NCBI GenBank assembly: GCA_029866205.1
Contig: JARWZT010000004.1
Span: 31,776-95,775 of the forward strand
Reading direction: 5' to 3'
From: Rhodoferax sp.
Lineage (GTDB): Bacteria > Pseudomonadota > Gammaproteobacteria > Burkholderiales > Burkholderiaceae_C
DNA length: 64,000 nt
Position 1 is the stretch's first letter; each line of letters starts with the position of its first letter. Of the stretch, positions 62,297 through 64,000 are shown piece by piece. Made by a program: the position numbers and the translations under genes. Under the pieces are notes generated by a model that saw only the letters and a program-made list of their open reading frames with translations, did no database searches and was not told the DNA's origin.

Positions 62297-63643
62297 ATGC
62301 AAGCAGACGCTCTGACGCCCGGAGTCCACGCCGGTCGGCTGCCCGCGGCGCAATACGCCCAGAACTTTTGCGACGCGCACCCGCCGCTCAATCTGGCGCA
62401 GGCCAAGATTGAGGCGGACCGCTGTTATTACTGCTTTGACGCGCCCTGCCAGACGGCCTGTCCCACGGGAATCGACGTGCCCAGCTTTATTCGCCGCATT
62501 GCCGACGACAACCCGCGCGGCGCGGCGCGCACGATTTTGGAGTCCAACCCGCTGGGAGGCATGTGCGCCCGGGTCTGCCCCACCGAAGTGCTGTGCGAGC
62601 AGGCCTGCGTGCGCAACACCCACGAAGACAAACCGGTCGAAATCGGCCTTTTGCAGCGCTACGCCACAGACCATCTGATGGCGCACCCCGGCGCGCCCTT
62701 GTTTACCCGCGCAGCTGCCACGGGGCGCCGGGTGGCGGTGGTGGGCGCCGGGCCCGCAGGTTTGGCCTGCGCCCACGGTTTGGCACGCCAGGGCCACAGC
62801 GTGGTGCTGATGGACGCCCAGCCCAAGCTCGGTGGCCTGAACGAATACGGACTGGCCACCTACAAAACCACCGACGGCTTTGCGCAAAAAGAAGTGGCGT
62901 GGCTGCTGTCGATTGGCGGTATTGAGGTGCGCCACGGTGTCGCGCTGGGGCGCGAACTGCACCTCGACGCCCTGACCCAAGAGTTTTACGCCGTGTTTTT
63001 AGGCTTAGGCCTGGCCGGGGTCAACAGCATCGGCATTGCGGAACCCCAGGCCAGTGGCTTGCGCAACGCGGTGGACTTTATTGCCGAGTTGCGCCAGGCC
63101 AGCAACCCGGCCAGCGTGCCGGTCGGTCGGCGTGTGGTGGTGATTGGCGGGGGCATGACGGCCGTGGACGCGGCAGTGCAGTCCAAAAAGCTGGGCGCAC
63201 AGTCGGTGACCATCGTGTACCGCCGTGGTGCGCAAGACATGGGCGCCTCGCACCACGAGCAGGCATGGGCGCTCGAGAACGGGGTACACATTCACCATTG
63301 GGCCAGTCCAACCCGGCTGCTCGCGGACGGTGGCCAGATCAGCGGTGTGGAATTTGGTGCCATGCACATGGCGGACGGCAAGTTGCAGGCCACCGGCGAG
63401 CACTTTGTGCTGGAGGCCGACCTGGTGCTCAAGGCCATTGGCCAAAGTCTGGTGGCGCAGCCCCTGGGCAGCGCACTCGAACTCAAGGGCGGGCGCATCG
63501 TGACCGATGCCGAAGGCCAGACCTCACACCCCAAAGTCTGGGCCGGTGGCGACTGCCGATTTGGCGGGCGCGACCTGACGGTCGAAGCCGTGGAGCACGG
63601 CAAAGTGGCCGCCCATTCCATTCACTCCGCAATCAGTGCCTAG
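62297..63643 (+). CDS. preT: NAD-dependent dihydropyrimidine dehydrogenase subunit PreT
   Basis: The ATG at 62297 gives Cys clusters CYYCFDAPCQTACP and CARVCPTEVLCEQAC, then VAVVGAGPAGLACA (FAD/NAD Rossmann), like the glutamate synthase small subunit. The upstream ORF extension overlaps the TetR gene and was discarded. Confidence 0.85.
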   Translation: MQADALTPGVHAGRLPAAQYAQNFCDAHPPLNLAQAKIEADRCYYCFDAPCQTACPTGIDVPSFIRRIADDNPRGAARTILESNPLGGMCARVCPTEVLCEQACVRNTHEDKPVEIGLLQRYATDHLMAHPGAPLFTRAAATGRRVAVVGAGPAGLACAHGLARQGHSVVLMDAQPKLGGLNEYGLATYKTTDGFAQKEVAWLLSIGGIEVRHGVALGRELHLDALTQEFYAVFLGLGLAGVNSIGIAEPQASGLRNAVDFIAELRQASNPASVPVGRRVVVIGGGMTAVDAAVQSKKLGAQSVTIVYRRGAQDMGASHHEQAWALENGVHIHHWASPTRLLADGGQISGVEFGAMHMADGKLQATGEHFVLEADLVLKAIGQSLVAQPLGSALELKGGRIVTDAEGQTSHPKVWAGGDCRFGGRDLTVEAVEHGKVAAHSIHSAISA

Positions 63644-63662
63644 CACGGCGCGAAAGAACACC

Positions 63663-64000
63663 ATGGCCAATCTGCACTCCACCTTTGCCGGCATTCACAG
63701 CCCCAACCCCTTTTGGCTAGCCTCTGCGCCGCCCACCGACAAGGCCTACAACGTCAACCGCGCCTTTGAGGCCGGCTGGGGCGGCGTGGTCTGGAAAACC
63801 CTGGGCGAAGCAGGTCCGCCCATCGTGAACGTGAGCGGCCCGCGCTACGGCGCGCTGCACACGCCCGACCGCAAGCTGATCGGCTTTAACAATATTGAGC
63901 TGATTACCGACCGCGACCTGGAGCTCAACCTGCGCGAAATCGCCGAAGTCAAGCGCCTGTGGCCAGACCGGGCGATGGTGGTGTCGCTGATGGTGCCCTG
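63663..64000 (+). CDS. preA: dihydropyrimidine dehydrogenase subunit PreA (N-terminal part; continues beyond window)
   Basis: MANLHSTFAGIHSPNPFWLASAPPTDKAYNVNRAFEAGWGGVVWKTLG... is a DHOD-like TIM barrel N-terminus, directly after preT. Confidence 0.85.
   Translation, partial: MANLHSTFAGIHSPNPFWLASAPPTDKAYNVNRAFEAGWGGVVWKTLGEAGPPIVNVSGPRYGALHTPDRKLIGFNNIELITDRDLELNLREIAEVKRLWPDRAMVVSLMVP

Overview
High-GC (roughly two-thirds G+C by eye) chromosomal segment. Gene content and order look like a Burkholderiales/Comamonadaceae-type betaproteobacterium: ispE-tRNAGln-prs-rplY-pth, hrcA/nadK-recN, and ahcY-metF behind an SAH riboswitch. This taxonomic call is an inference; no search was run. From left to right the window holds: (1) a quaternary-amine catabolic cluster (carnitine dehydrogenase, BKACE, two hotdog thioesterases, class II aldolase, MFS transporter), plus a butyrobetaine-hydroxylase-like/HD-domain oxygenase pair that fits the TmpA/TmpB phosphonate pathway; (2) an SOS mutagenesis cassette imuA-imuB with a perfect LexA box but no dnaE2, a small HNH gene, and recCBD; (3) groESL with both a sigma32-type promoter and a perfect CIRCE; (4) housekeeping genes (ruvA, phoH/ybeY, tyrS, dtd, anmK, erpA, rpsI/rplM, rlmJ, recN, rapZ, mutM-mutY, lolB, coaD, rsmD, rlmI and others), interrupted by an AT-richer class IV (R-amine-transaminase-like) aminotransferase + MFS pair; (5) an AT-rich islet at about 58.86-61.39 kb. 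The islet carries a stand-alone Abi/UG-class (defence-type) reverse transcriptase, preceded by a structured ~440-nt non-coding leader and followed by a small conserved-looking ORF. This islet is the best candidate for an undescribed system. (6) The right end holds rutR-like TetR + preT/preA for pyrimidine reduction. I saw no rRNA, CRISPR array, transposase or integrase. All family assignments come from motif recognition by eye and memory, not from database searches.
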